A stretch of 64,000 nt of DNA from Candidatus Microgenomates bacterium (GTDB taxonomy: Bacteria; Patescibacteriota; JACPGU01): positions 241,211 through 305,210 of the forward strand of contig JACPGU010000002.1 in assembly GCA_016188915.1 (NCBI GenBank), read 5' to 3'. The notes beneath the pieces are model-generated. The model was not told the origin of the DNA. It worked only from the letters and a program-made list of their open reading frames with translations, and made no database searches. Positions 1 through 9,351 of this stretch are shown here, one piece after another. A program made the translations under genes and the position numbers. The number at the start of each line of letters is the position of its first letter. The first letter of the stretch is position 1.

Positions 1-1
1 T

Positions 2-157
2 GCTTCCGATATGGAACAGGCGGTATGTTGGGCGAAAGACAGGGCAAAGCCTGGAGATATAGTTTTGCTCTCGCCAGGGTCGGCTAGCTTTAATCTTTTT
101 TTGAATGAATTTGATAGAGGAGAAAAATTTGTCAGAGCTATAAAATCTTGCCTGTAG
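2..157 (+). CDS. Mur ligase family protein, C-terminal fragment (MurD-like); 5' end lies outside the window
   Basis: The frame-2 translation ends ...PGDIVLLSPGSASFNLFLNEFDRGEKFVRAIKSCL*. This matches the conserved MurD-type C-terminus (LLSP.CAS.D.F.NFE.RG..F). The stop codon TAG is at 155-157. Confidence 0.5.
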   Translation, partial: ASDMEQAVCWAKDRAKPGDIVLLSPGSASFNLFLNEFDRGEKFVRAIKSCL

Positions 158-240
158 AGAGTCTTAAATTTCACAAATATTATAAGCCTTGCTTTTGGTG
201 GTTTGTTTAGAATATTATAAAAATATAGCAACAAAAACCT

Positions 241-1551
241 ATGGCAACAATTAAGAAAAAAACATCCGGTCTAAAAGTGAAAAAAACGGCAGGCATCAAG
301 AAGAAACAGCCCACTCGAGAATTGACTTTACCGGAAGATTATAATATCGGTCTTTTGCCTAGAATATCTTTGGCTTTTTTGGTAGTGATTTTATTGTCGG
401 TGACGCTCTATTATGTGGCGGTTGTCAGAAAAGAGAGCAGAATCAACGCGCCGGAAGAAAATACGATTGATGATTCTTTAGATAAAACTATCTTGCCGGA
501 TGATGAAGCGACAACGGCTGGACAGATTTTTTATTCTTTGGGAGACACATTGCTCTCTTACGATACGAGCAAAAGTGAGACAAAAAATTGGATTGGCAAA
601 GCTGATGATTGGCTGTTTCAGGAATCATCCGCGCCTACTTTGCTTTATCGTGATATTGCGGTGCTGGATGATAACAAAATAGGTTTTTCTTATTGTCAAA
701 AAGAAGGGGGAGAAAGACCTTGTGGTCTGTACACTTTTGATGTTAAGACTAAAAAAATAACTTTGGCTAAAGATCCGGGGCCAAATCTTACTATCGGTCA
801 AGCGGCTTGGTATTCGGCTGATAAATTAGCTTATTTTTTAGAAAATGATAAAGAAAACAAATCTAGTTTAATTTTGGCACGCGGAGGGGAATTGGCTACT
901 TTGGATGAAATTAATGGTCCTGCTTTAGGTCGTGGCGGGTTTGATGAAGATAGCGTCAAAATGGCTTTTTCTCCCGATGGGGTACATCTTTTGCAAATTG
1001 CCACCAATTCTCGCCGCGACGGAAGTGATTTCAATACTTATGTTTACGATACAATGACGGGTAAAAAAATAATCATCAACGGAGCTACTCAGCCAGAGTG
1101 GCTGAACAATGATACTATTGTCTATCGCAACCAAAGAGATGGAGGGGGAATTTATCAATTCAATATCAAAACATCAGCTTGGGAAAGATACAATGCAATA
1201 AAAATGGACGCATATAACCCACAAATTCTGGCAGGTAGTGATGAAATTTATTATGAAAAAGAAAGCGATAGAAGTGTTTGGTCGTATAATATAAAAAACG
1301 GCGACCATCAAAAAATAGCCGACAAAGCCTCTTCTTGGCGTTTTGTCTCTCCGGCGACAGCGATATATTTGACTTTGATAAAATGCGCCACTGATGGAGA
1401 AAAAAAACCAGCAGGAGCCTGCGATTTTTCTCCCGATGATTATTATCCAGACAAAGCGGTAGTTTTTGATTTGCGTTCATCGGAAGAAAGAGAAAAAATA
1501 AAAGAAAAAATATTTCCTCTCTCAAGCCATCAGTGGTTTACTGGTTTTTAA
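241..1551 (+). CDS. membrane-anchored PD40/TolB-like beta-propeller repeat protein (hypothetical)
   Basis: The 436-aa ORF has a Lys-rich N-terminus followed by one TM helix (LAFLVVILLSVTLYYVAVV). It carries repeated FSPDG / YS.D-type motifs typical of PD40/WD40-like propellers. It is followed by a strong terminator hairpin. Confidence 0.5.
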   Translation: MATIKKKTSGLKVKKTAGIKKKQPTRELTLPEDYNIGLLPRISLAFLVVILLSVTLYYVAVVRKESRINAPEENTIDDSLDKTILPDDEATTAGQIFYSLGDTLLSYDTSKSETKNWIGKADDWLFQESSAPTLLYRDIAVLDDNKIGFSYCQKEGGERPCGLYTFDVKTKKITLAKDPGPNLTIGQAAWYSADKLAYFLENDKENKSSLILARGGELATLDEINGPALGRGGFDEDSVKMAFSPDGVHLLQIATNSRRDGSDFNTYVYDTMTGKKIIINGATQPEWLNNDTIVYRNQRDGGGIYQFNIKTSAWERYNAIKMDAYNPQILAGSDEIYYEKESDRSVWSYNIKNGDHQKIADKASSWRFVSPATAIYLTLIKCATDGEKKPAGACDFSPDDYYPDKAVVFDLRSSEEREKIKEKIFPLSSHQWFTGF

Positions 1552-1565
1552 AACATAAAATACTT

Positions 1566-1616
1566 AAAAAACTACTTGCGAAGGTGTCACCTTCGCAAGT
1601 AGTTAGGTTTTTTTGA
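1566..1616. terminator. bidirectional rho-independent terminator (14-bp perfect stem, loop TGTCA) flanked by an A-run and a T-run
   Basis: The sequence aaaaa-ACTACTTGCGAAGG-tgtca-CCTTCGCAAGTAGT-taggttttttt lies between the convergent 241..1551 (+) and smpB (-) genes. The same 25-bp core recurs at 32143-32167. Confidence 0.75.
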
Positions 1617-2031
1617 GTTCTCTTTCTACATCTTTCTTTTTCAGACTCTCTCTTTTGTCCCATTTTTGTTTTCGGCGGGCGAGAGCTATTTCCAATTTCA
1701 CAAAGCCATTTTTCAGATGGATATTGAGAGGCACAATAGTGGCTCTTTTTTGTTCTATTAGTCCAGCCAGTCTTTCAATCTCTTTTTTGTGCGCGAGAAG
1801 ATGGCGATTTCTGATTGGTTCGTAATTTTTTTGATTAGCAGGTTTGTAAGCGCCGATATGCATATTTTTTATTATCAGCTCGCCACTTTCGATTATCACA
1901 AAACTACCCTTCAGATTGACCGAACCGGCTTTGATGGATTTGACTTCCGCTCCGGTCAATTTGATACCGACTTCCAGCTTTTCCGAAAGAGCATAATCGT
2001 GGAGAGCTTTTTTGTTGGTAGCTATAGTCAT
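1603..2031 (-). CDS. smpB: SsrA-binding protein SmpB
   Basis: The protein MTIATNKKALHDYALSEKLEVGIKLTGAEVKSIKAG...NIHLKNGFVKLEIALARRKQKWDKRE is the canonical SmpB sequence. The ATG start is taken at 2031; the ORF-track start at 2055 is a TTG. Confidence 0.9.
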   Translation of the reverse strand: MTIATNKKALHDYALSEKLEVGIKLTGAEVKSIKAGSVNLKGSFVIIESGELIIKNMHIGAYKPANQKNYEPIRNRHLLAHKKEIERLAGLIEQKRATIVPLNIHLKNGFVKLEIALARRKQKWDKRESLKKKDVERELKKT

Positions 2032-2090
2032 GGCTTCATTAAAACATAAAAACAAATAAACAAGAAGTCATTGAGATCAAGATATCAAAA

Positions 2091-2120
2091 AACCGCTTCT
2101 TTCAAAAGCGGCGGTTTTTT
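2091..2120 (-). terminator. rho-independent terminator hairpin downstream of the 77-aa minus-strand ORF
   Basis: The sequence aaaaaaCCGCTTctttcaaAAGCGGcggtttttt forms a stem with a T-run on the minus strand. Confidence 0.5.
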
Positions 2121-2136
2121 GATAAGTTGCAAATAA

Positions 2137-2370
2137 TTACGCAACAGTTGGGTCGCCTTCATCTGCCTTTGGTTCTTCAGCTGGTGCTTCTGCTGGAGCA
2201 GAGGCGTCTGCCGGAGAGACAGGAGCGCTCATGCCAGAATCCATAGTTGGATCGGCAGGAGCGGTATTGGCGTCTGTTGCACCTGCAGTAGGCTCTACTG
2301 GAGTAGCGCCATCAGTCGGAGTCACAGCAGATGCTGGATCAACGGCAGGGTTCATGTTTTCGTCAGACAT
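2137..2370 (-). CDS. small Ala/Pro/Thr/Asp-rich low-complexity protein (hypothetical)
   Basis: The 77-aa ORF is rich in PA, TD and A residues. It has its own downstream terminator and a divergent promoter region. Its coding status is uncertain. Confidence 0.35.
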   Translation of the reverse strand: MSDENMNPAVDPASAVTPTDGATPVEPTAGATDANTAPADPTMDSGMSAPVSPADASAPAEAPAEEPKADEGDPTVA

Positions 2371-2551
2371 TGTTCTCCCTTTCTAAAAAACTACTGCTAA
2401 GATATTCACATTTTATCAAAATTTAATATTCTTGTCAAATTTAGTATACTACCAATAGCTTTTGTCTCATGGGCTAACAGGTTAAGCGCCCTTTGCGTCT
2501 TGCTGGCTTTCGGCCTATGAGCTACAATCAAAAAGTAAATAATTAATTTTT

Positions 2552-3043
2552 ATGCTTGCTTCCTCGCATTTCATTATCGGCGCATCTGTCGGGAGACTTT
2601 CTGGCAATCCTTTTTTAGCGGCTTTTTTGGGATTTGTCACCCATTTTCTCGCTGATTTGGTGCCTCACTGGGACTTGGGCTATAATTTTTCCAAGACAAA
2701 AAAATCTTATTTTTTAGTATTTTTGGATATTTTGATCGGAATTATAATTTGCGGATTTTTTCTTTGGTGGCGACCTACTAATTGGAATGATATAGCCAGT
2801 GTCTTACTCGGAGGATTTTTTGGGCTAGTACCGGATTTTATCGGTTTTGGCGTCAAAATTTTTAAAATCAAATCTTTTGAATGGTATGTTCATCACCATG
2901 ATCGACTGCATTGGTTCATAAAGGAAGAACGGCCAGAATTTTCCGAATTTAAAATTATTCCTACGACACCTCGGATGGTTTTTTTCGGTCTCCTTTGGCA
3001 GGGACTGATTGTCGTCTTTTCTTTAATTATTTTGTGGGTCTAA
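2552..3043 (+). CDS. integral membrane protein, possibly a YdjM-like membrane-bound metal-dependent hydrolase (hypothetical)
   Basis: The 163-aa protein has 4-5 TM segments and conserved His residues (HFLADLVPHWD, HHHDRLHW). Confidence 0.4.
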   Translation: MLASSHFIIGASVGRLSGNPFLAAFLGFVTHFLADLVPHWDLGYNFSKTKKSYFLVFLDILIGIIICGFFLWWRPTNWNDIASVLLGGFFGLVPDFIGFGVKIFKIKSFEWYVHHHDRLHWFIKEERPEFSEFKIIPTTPRMVFFGLLWQGLIVVFSLIILWV

Positions 3044-3073
3044 AATTTAAATACTATACTAATAGATTATTTT

Positions 3074-3667
3074 ATGTACAATTTGCCAGAACTTCCCTAT
3101 CCCTATGAGGCTCTTGAGCCCTATATTGATAAAGAAACGATGGAAATTCATCATTTGAAGCACCATCAAGCCTATGTGAACAAATTGAATGAAGCCTTGG
3201 CCAAACATCCGGAATTGGCCGAAAAATCCTTAGAGGAACTACTAGCGGATCTTGAAGGTCTGCCGGAAGATATCAGAAAAGCGATCAAAAATCATGGTGG
3301 TGGCCATTATAACCACTCACTTTTTTGGCGCATTATGGGTCCTAGTTCGAAGAATAGGCCACAGGGAGAATTGCTCAAAAAAATTGAGGCTTCTTTTGGC
3401 TCCTTTTTCGAATTTAAGAAAAAATTTTCCGAAATAGCGATGGGAATATTCGGTTCCGGTTGGTGTTGGCTGGTAGAGCATGCCGGCCAACTAGAGATTG
3501 AAGCTACGCAAAATCAGGATTGTCCAATCTCATCTGGTAAAGTACCAATTCTTGCTCTGGATATCTGGGAGCATGCTTATTATCTGAAATACCAAAACAA
3601 GCGCGCTGATTATATAGAAAATTGGTGGCAAGTAGTTGATTGGAGCAATATTAGTAGTTCTAATTAA
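3074..3667 (+). CDS. sod: Fe/Mn superoxide dismutase
   Basis: The protein shows the [14 protein letters not shown] signature, the [19 protein letters not shown] motif and the conserved metal ligands. Confidence 0.95.
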   Translation: MYNLPELPYPYEALEPYIDKETMEIHHLKHHQAYVNKLNEALAKHPELAEKSLEELLADLEGLPEDIRKAIKNHGGGHYNHSLFWRIMGPSSKNRPQGELLKKIEASFGSFFEFKKKFSEIAMGIFGSGWCWLVEHAGQLEIEATQNQDCPISSGKVPILALDIWEHAYYLKYQNKRADYIENWWQVVDWSNISSSN

Positions 3668-3673
3668 AAGTCC

Positions 3674-3702
3674 TTGCTTTCTTTTGCTTAGTCTGGTATA
3701 AT
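3674..3702 (+). promoter_or_regulatory. sigma70-type promoter with an extended -10 element (TTGCTT-17-TGGTATAAT)
   Basis: The -35 TTGCTT is at 3674-3679 and the -10 TATAAT at 3697-3702, preceded by TGg. A ~110-nt leader lies ahead of the RRM protein gene. Confidence 0.4.
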
Positions 3703-3805
3703 TGTGCGCAAGTCGTAAGTTTTTTTAGTGTTTCGTTCTCACTGGCTTGCTAAAAGCTTGTGAAGAGCAACCTAAAAGAGGTCGCCTTACACGAGTTATT
3801 AGTAA

Positions 3806-4096
3806 GTGGGAAATTTTCAAATGGCACAAACGAACAAATTGTATGTTGGTGGATTGAGCTATAATACCACACAAGATTCATTCAAGGCTGCTTTTGAGCA
3901 AGCTGGATCAGTTGTTGACGCTGCGATTATCATGGACAAAATGACTGGTCGCTCCAAAGGCTTTGGCTTCGTCACCATGGGTAGCAACGAGGAAGCTGAT
4001 AAGGCTATTGAAATGTGGAATGAAAAAGAACTGGATGGCCGTATGATCCGCGTATCAGAGGCTCGTCCGATGGAAGAAAGACCAAAAAGATTCTAA
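3806..4096 (+). CDS. RNA-binding protein with a single RRM domain
   Basis: The protein has an RNP-2 motif (LYVGGL) and an RNP-1 motif (KGFGFVTM). It is a small glycine-free RRM protein of the type common in CPR and cyanobacteria. The start may be the second ATG at 3821. Confidence 0.8.
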   Translation: MGNFQMAQTNKLYVGGLSYNTTQDSFKAAFEQAGSVVDAAIIMDKMTGRSKGFGFVTMGSNEEADKAIEMWNEKELDGRMIRVSEARPMEERPKRF

Positions 4097-4114
4097 TCAA
4101 TCTTTCGGTCGCGA

Positions 4115-4147
4115 GAAACGCCTCAAGCAATTGAGGCGTTTCTTTTT
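4115..4147 (+). terminator. rho-independent terminator
   Basis: The sequence GAAACGCCTCAAgcaaTTGAGGCGTTTC forms a hairpin followed by TTTTT. Confidence 0.75.
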
Positions 4148-4180
4148 CAGCTAGTTTTCTTTATAAATTTTTATTCTAAA

Positions 4181-5980
4181 ATGAATATTCGCAATGTCGC
4201 TATTATCGCGCACGTTGACCATGGCAAAACTACCCTGGTTGATGCTATGCTTCGCCAGTCGCATACCCAGCTTTCCAAAGAAGCATCTGGGGCTGATTTG
4301 ATTATGGACTCTAACGAGCTTGAGAAAGAAAGAGGCATTACTATTTTTTCCAAAAACGCCTCTATTGTGGTGGATCAAAATGTTGGTGGAAAAGAAGAGA
4401 AAATAAAGATCAATATTATTGATACTCCCGGCCACGCGGACTTTGGTGGCGAGGTAGAAAGAGTTTTGAATATGGCGGACGGCTGTCTGCTTTTGGTGGA
4501 CGCCAAAGAAGGTCCGATGCCACAGACGCGTTTTGTTTTGAAAAAAGCTTTGCAGATGAAATTGAAAATAATCGTTGTCATCAATAAAATTGATAAACCA
4601 GACGCCAGAACCAATGTGGCGTTGAACAAAACTTTTGATTTGTTCGTGGAGTTGGGAGCCGACGATCAGACTTTGGATTTTCCTATTATTTATTGTGCTT
4701 CCAAACAGGGCAAGGCTGGCTGGGAACCTCACTTGGAGCATATGACGAGCATAGAACCTATCTTTGAGGCTATCTTGAATCATATTCCAGAGCCAAAAGG
4801 CGACACGGGAAAACCCTTTCAAATGTTGGTGACAACGATAGCGGCCGATACTTTCAAGGGTCGCATTGCCACCGGTCGTATTTATAACGGCCAGATTAAA
4901 TCTGGCCAAGATATTATTCACATCAATCGTTTAGGTGAGCAAAAAAAATATCGCCCCACTTCTTTGATGACTTTTTTGGGGTTGGGCAAAGTAGAAGTAA
5001 AAGAAGCGCAAGCCGGCGATATTATCGCTATCTCTGGTATTCCCGATGCCACTATCGGAGAGACTATTGCCGATAGTTTGAGCCCTGTGGCCCTACCCCT
5101 TTTGGCGATAGAAGAGCCGACAGTCAAAATGAATTTTGGCATCAATACTTCGCCTTTTGCGGGGAGAGAGGGACAATTTACCACTAGCCGACAGATTCGC
5201 GAGAGACTTTACAAAGAATTGGAAACAGACATGGCCTTGAGGGTGGAAGATGCGGATGGCAATAGCTGGACAGTTTCTGGACGTGGCGAACTGCATCTGT
5301 CTATTTTGATTGAGAGAATGCGTCGGGAGGGTTATGAATTGCAAGTGTCTCGACCACAAGTGATTATCAAAGAAAAAGAGGGTAAAAAAATGGTGCCCTA
5401 TGAACAGGTTTTTGTTGAAGTGCCGGAAGAGCATAGTGGCGCTGTGATCCAAAAATTAGGCTCTCGTCGTGGTGAATTAAAAGATATGCGAACGGATAAT
5501 GGTATTACTTCTCTAGAATTTGTTATGCCAACACAAGGACTCTTTGGCTATAGAACAGAATTTTTGACCGATACTAGGGGGCTGGGCATTATGAATTCTA
5601 TTTTTCATGAATACCGGGTAGATCCTGGCAGTTGGCAGGAAAGAGAATGGGGATCGCTGGTGGCGCATGAAACGGGAGAGACCAATATGTATGGTTTGCT
5701 TAACACACAAGAGAGAGGAACGCTTTTTTTGGGGCCAGGAGTGCCAGTTTATCGCGGTCAAGTGGTGGGCAGGCACAGCAAAAATAGCGATCTGTGGGTT
5801 AATGTTTGCAAAACCAAACAGCTTTCCAATGTTCGCTCTAAAGGAGAAGGCGTTTCCGAACATTTTGACAAGCCGAAAGAAATGGGACTGGAAGACGCTA
5901 TTGAATATATTTCATCTGATGAATTGGTAGAGATTACTCCGAAAAATATTCGTATTCGCAAAATGGATCTAAATGAGTAA
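4181..5980 (+). CDS. typA: translational GTPase TypA/BipA
   Basis: The N-terminus MNIRNVAIIAHVDHGKTTLVDAMLRQS carries G1-G5 motifs and TypA-type C-terminal domains. The protein is 599 aa. Confidence 0.95.
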   Translation: MNIRNVAIIAHVDHGKTTLVDAMLRQSHTQLSKEASGADLIMDSNELEKERGITIFSKNASIVVDQNVGGKEEKIKINIIDTPGHADFGGEVERVLNMADGCLLLVDAKEGPMPQTRFVLKKALQMKLKIIVVINKIDKPDARTNVALNKTFDLFVELGADDQTLDFPIIYCASKQGKAGWEPHLEHMTSIEPIFEAILNHIPEPKGDTGKPFQMLVTTIAADTFKGRIATGRIYNGQIKSGQDIIHINRLGEQKKYRPTSLMTFLGLGKVEVKEAQAGDIIAISGIPDATIGETIADSLSPVALPLLAIEEPTVKMNFGINTSPFAGREGQFTTSRQIRERLYKELETDMALRVEDADGNSWTVSGRGELHLSILIERMRREGYELQVSRPQVIIKEKEGKKMVPYEQVFVEVPEEHSGAVIQKLGSRRGELKDMRTDNGITSLEFVMPTQGLFGYRTEFLTDTRGLGIMNSIFHEYRVDPGSWQEREWGSLVAHETGETNMYGLLNTQERGTLFLGPGVPVYRGQVVGRHSKNSDLWVNVCKTKQLSNVRSKGEGVSEHFDKPKEMGLEDAIEYISSDELVEITPKNIRIRKMDLNE

Positions 5981-6036
5981 TCTTCGCCTCTTGTCTTGTT
6001 CTCGGTAAAGTTATATGCTTTAAGCAAAGGAGGAAT

Positions 6037-6495
6037 ATGGATATTGGCAGGGTTTTATTATCTTGGGAAACCAAGGATCAAAAAAGAGATCTTGACGCGG
6101 TCAAGATTATAATTGCTTTTGTTGTTATTGTGCTAGCGGCGGCTTGGGCGTTTTTTTCCAAACAATGGCTGACTGGTGGCACTTTTATCGGCGCGGTTTT
6201 GGTTTTGTCCTGGTATTTAGCGATGGGGCAAAAAAATATCGCCATCAGTATTACCGATAAAGGATTGATTATAGACGGCAGTTTTTATTCTTTTTCCGGG
6301 CTGAAAAATTATTGGGTTTCAAGAGAGGGAGTAGCGTATTTTGTTTCTCAATCAAAGCTTGCCTCTATTATTTCTTTACCCTTGGGAGAAACGCCAGCTG
6401 ACAAGATCTTTTCTTTGATCCCCAAAAATATTGTCAAAACTGAAAGTCAAAATGCCGATTTGGCCGATAAGGTAGCCAGGCTATTGCACAAATAA
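6037..6495 (+). CDS. hypothetical membrane protein (2 TM)
   Basis: The 152-aa ORF has a strong RBS (aaaGGAGGaatATG) and two hydrophobic helices. It has no recognisable family. Confidence 0.5.
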   Translation: MDIGRVLLSWETKDQKRDLDAVKIIIAFVVIVLAAAWAFFSKQWLTGGTFIGAVLVLSWYLAMGQKNIAISITDKGLIIDGSFYSFSGLKNYWVSREGVAYFVSQSKLASIISLPLGETPADKIFSLIPKNIVKTESQNADLADKVARLLHK

Positions 6496-6530
6496 GAGAT
6501 TTTGAAAAATATTTTTTTATGATATAATAT

Positions 6531-6551
6531 GACCGCTGTAGCGGTTTTTTT
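6531..6551 (+). terminator. terminator hairpin (ACCGCTgtAGCGGT + T7) immediately upstream of the tRNA
   Basis: A short stem is followed by a 7-nt T-run. Confidence 0.55.
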
Positions 6552-6623
6552 GCGCTCGTCGTTCAACGGATAGGACGCAGGCTTGCGGAGCCTGTAATAG
6601 AAGTTCGATTCTTCTCGAGCGCA
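6552..6623 (+). tRNA. tRNA-Arg with anticodon GCG (72 nt, no encoded CCA)
   Basis: The manual cloverleaf has acceptor GCGCTCG/CGAGCGC and D-stem GTTC/GGAC with loop AACGGATA. The anticodon stem CAGGC/GCCTG encloses loop TTGCGGA. The T-arm is AGAAG-TTCGATT-CTTCT and the discriminator is A. Confidence 0.6.
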
Positions 6624-6713
6624 TTGCATATTCCCAGCGTCGAATGTTAGGGATGTAGTTTTTGCTAGCGTAGTTATGTTTATAAAAAAAGCCTTGTAAG
6701 AGGGGTTTTTTAT

Positions 6714-6744
6714 TGTTATACTAACTACTAGTGATTTAGTAGTA
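6714..6744 (+). promoter_or_regulatory. extended -10 (TGtTATACT) followed by the inverted repeat ACTACTAgtgattTAGTAGT; candidate Rrf2 autoregulatory operator
   Basis: The palindrome at 6725-6744 lies ~15 nt upstream of the Rrf2 start codon. Confidence 0.4.
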
Positions 6745-6758
6745 GTCTAAAAAGAGTA

Positions 6759-7166
6759 ATGATAAAATTCAACAGGCAATCAGATTATGCTTTGGTTTTG
6801 GCTACGGAATTAGCCATTGACCACAAAAAAGGGAATTGGGTTCCCCTTTCCGTAGTGGCCGACAAATATAATTTGTCTGTTAAATTTTTAGGTTCGGTAG
6901 CCGGTATCTTACGCAAAAAAGGGCTGATTTTATCCAAAGAAGGAACGGGCGGTGGCTATGCTTTGGCGCAAGATCCCAGAGAAATTATGATCGGTGATAT
7001 TCTGTATGCTACCTTGACCGATTCCGCGCCGTCGCTTTGTACTTCCAGTATCGGTTGTGTTAATGAAAAAAAATGTCCGGCCAAGCCAGTTTGGGGAGTG
7101 GTGCAGGGAGTTTTGGAGGAAGTACTTTTTTCCATCAGCCTCAAAAGTTTGCTTAAGATTAAATAA
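6759..7166 (+). CDS. Rrf2 family transcriptional regulator (IscR/SufR-like)
   Basis: The protein has an N-terminal wHTH (MIKFNRQSDYALVLATELA) and a Cys cluster (CTSSIGCVNEKKCP). It is the first gene of the suf operon. Confidence 0.85.
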   Translation: MIKFNRQSDYALVLATELAIDHKKGNWVPLSVVADKYNLSVKFLGSVAGILRKKGLILSKEGTGGGYALAQDPREIMIGDILYATLTDSAPSLCTSSIGCVNEKKCPAKPVWGVVQGVLEEVLFSISLKSLLKIK

Positions 7167-7168
7167 CA

Positions 7169-7912
7169 ATGAATAATCTTCGTATTTCTAATTTGCGTGT
7201 CAGAATCGATGGTAAGGAGATCTTAAAAGGCGTAGACCTTTCTTTAAGCGAGGGCGAGATTCATATCCTAATCGGGCCTAATGGTTCTGGTAAATCAACC
7301 CTGGCGCAAATGGTAGCGGGAAATCCGGGATATCTAGCTAACCGTGGTAGCATCAAATTTTTTGGTAAAAATTTGTCAAAACTTTCTCCTGATGAAAGGG
7401 CCAAGATGGGGATTTTTGTCTCCTTCCAGTCCCCTATCGCTATTCCGGGGCTACCTTTATTCTCTTTGCTTTTTGAATCTTTTAAGGCGATATCAAATGA
7501 AAATAAAAATATTTCTTTTGAATATTTTTTTCGCGATCAAATTATTCCCGGCCTAAAACTTTTGGGGCTAGACCAGTCTTTTATCGATCGTAGCGTTAAT
7601 GATGGCCTCTCCGGCGGCGAGAGAAAAAAATCAGAGATTTTGCAAATGTTGGTTTTAAATCCTAAACTCACTATTTTAGATGAGATAGATTCGGGGCTGG
7701 ATATTGATGCTGTCAAAACAGTTTTTTCCGCTATCAAAAAAATCAAGACTAAAAACCCCCAGATGAGTATTCTGCTTATTACTCATAACCAAAATATTTT
7801 GCGCTATATTAATCCAGATATGGCGCATATCATGAATGATGGGAAGATTATTATTTCTGGTGGAACAGAATTGATTAGAAAAACAAGCGAAAAAGGCTAC
7901 AAGCAAGAATAA
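7169..7912 (+). CDS. sufC: Fe-S cluster assembly ATPase SufC
   Basis: The protein has a Walker A motif (GPNGSGKST) and the LSGGERKK signature. Confidence 0.9.
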   Translation: MNNLRISNLRVRIDGKEILKGVDLSLSEGEIHILIGPNGSGKSTLAQMVAGNPGYLANRGSIKFFGKNLSKLSPDERAKMGIFVSFQSPIAIPGLPLFSLLFESFKAISNENKNISFEYFFRDQIIPGLKLLGLDQSFIDRSVNDGLSGGERKKSEILQMLVLNPKLTILDEIDSGLDIDAVKTVFSAIKKIKTKNPQMSILLITHNQNILRYINPDMAHIMNDGKIIISGGTELIRKTSEKGYKQE

Positions 7913-7915
7913 TCT

Positions 7916-9340
7916 ATGGCACAAAAAAAGAATACCAAAATTTTTGCCGATTATGATCAGCGCTACCAGGAGCGTTATGGTTTTGCCGATGATGCTACAT
8001 CCTATACTCATTTGGGGAAGCCTGGTATAACGCGCGAGACCATTATGGAGATTTCTAAAATAAAAAAAGAACCAAAGTGGATGTTGGAAAAAAGACTGAT
8101 AGCCTATGATATTTTTTTAAAAAAACCCTTACCCAAATGGGGCGGTGATTTGTCAGGAATTGATTTTGGCAAGATTTATTATTACATTAGACCGAGCGAA
8201 AGAACGGAAAAAAAATGGCAAGATGTGCCGGACTATATCCGCAATACTTTTGATAAATTGGGCATCCCAGAGGCGGAAAAAAAATTTTTGGCAGGCGTGG
8301 GAGCGCAATATGAATCAGAAATGATGTATCATTCTATCCAAAAAGATTTGCAGAAACTAGGGGTTATCTTTCTCTCGCCTGATGAGGCATTAAAACAATA
8401 TCCAGATTTAGTCAAAGAATATTTCGGCACCGTAATCCCGGCATCTGACAACAAATTCGCGGCCTTAAATAGCGCTGTTTGGAGTGGTGGATCTTTTATC
8501 TACATTCCCAAAGGAGTCAAAGTAGAGATGCCCTTGCAGACATATTTTCGTATCAATTTTGCCTCCGCTGGCCAATTTGAAAGAACGCTGATTATTGCTG
8601 ATGAAGGATCGGAGATGCATTATATTGAAGGTTGTAGCGCGCCGATTCATTCAACTGATTCTTTGCACTCGGCAGTAGTGGAAATCATTGTCAAAAAAAA
8701 TGCCAAAGTGCGCTATACCACTATACAAAATTGGAGCCGTAATGTTTATAACCTCGTCACCAAAAGAGCGGCAGTTTATGAAGGTGGCAGAATGGAATGG
8801 ATTGATGGCAATCTAGGCTCAAAATTGACTATGAAATATCCTTCCGTCTATCTTTTGGGTGAAGGGGCGCATGGCGAGATTTTGTCTCTCGGTTTTGCCG
8901 GAAAAGGTCGTTGTCAGGATAATGGAGCCAAGGCTGTCCATGCCGCGCCTCGCACTACATCCTTGGTACGCGCCAAATCCATCGCGCGCGATGGTGGCAT
9001 TACTTCTTATCGTGGTTTGGTCAAAATAGAAAAAGGAATGAAAAATTGCTATGCCAAGGTGCAGTGCGACGCTTTGTTGGCAGACAGTAAATCAGTTTCT
9101 AATACTTATCCCACTATGGATATTAGAGAAAAAGATGCAAAAGTAGAACACGAGGCTTCCGTCTCCAAAATAGGAGAAGAGCAGCTTTTTTACCTTAAGT
9201 CGCGTGGTCTGACAGAAGAGGCGGCCATGCACTTGATCGTGGCGGGTTTTTTGGAGCCAATAGTTTCCGGTTTGCCGATGGAATACGCCATAGAATTGAA
9301 TCGTTTGGTGGAACTGGAGATGGAAGGAGCGGTGGGGTAA
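7916..9340 (+). CDS. sufB: Fe-S cluster assembly scaffold SufB
   Basis: The conserved SufB core is present (FIYIPKGVKVEMPLQTYFRINFASAGQFERTLIIADEGS...CSAP). Confidence 0.9.
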   Translation: MAQKKNTKIFADYDQRYQERYGFADDATSYTHLGKPGITRETIMEISKIKKEPKWMLEKRLIAYDIFLKKPLPKWGGDLSGIDFGKIYYYIRPSERTEKKWQDVPDYIRNTFDKLGIPEAEKKFLAGVGAQYESEMMYHSIQKDLQKLGVIFLSPDEALKQYPDLVKEYFGTVIPASDNKFAALNSAVWSGGSFIYIPKGVKVEMPLQTYFRINFASAGQFERTLIIADEGSEMHYIEGCSAPIHSTDSLHSAVVEIIVKKNAKVRYTTIQNWSRNVYNLVTKRAAVYEGGRMEWIDGNLGSKLTMKYPSVYLLGEGAHGEILSLGFAGKGRCQDNGAKAVHAAPRTTSLVRAKSIARDGGITSYRGLVKIEKGMKNCYAKVQCDALLADSKSVSNTYPTMDIREKDAKVEHEASVSKIGEEQLFYLKSRGLTEEAAMHLIVAGFLEPIVSGLPMEYAIELNRLVELEMEGAVG

Positions 9341-9351
9341 TTTACTTAATT

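Noticed and set aside
1603-2055. tmRNA (ssrA) adjacent to smpB
   Set aside because: Searched both flanks of smpB. No tRNA-like acceptor/T-arm pair or resume-codon region was present. ssrA must lie elsewhere in the genome.
4151-4921. 256-aa minus-strand ORF antisense to typA
   Set aside because: It lies entirely inside the highly conserved typA coding sequence, and its translation has no recognisable features.
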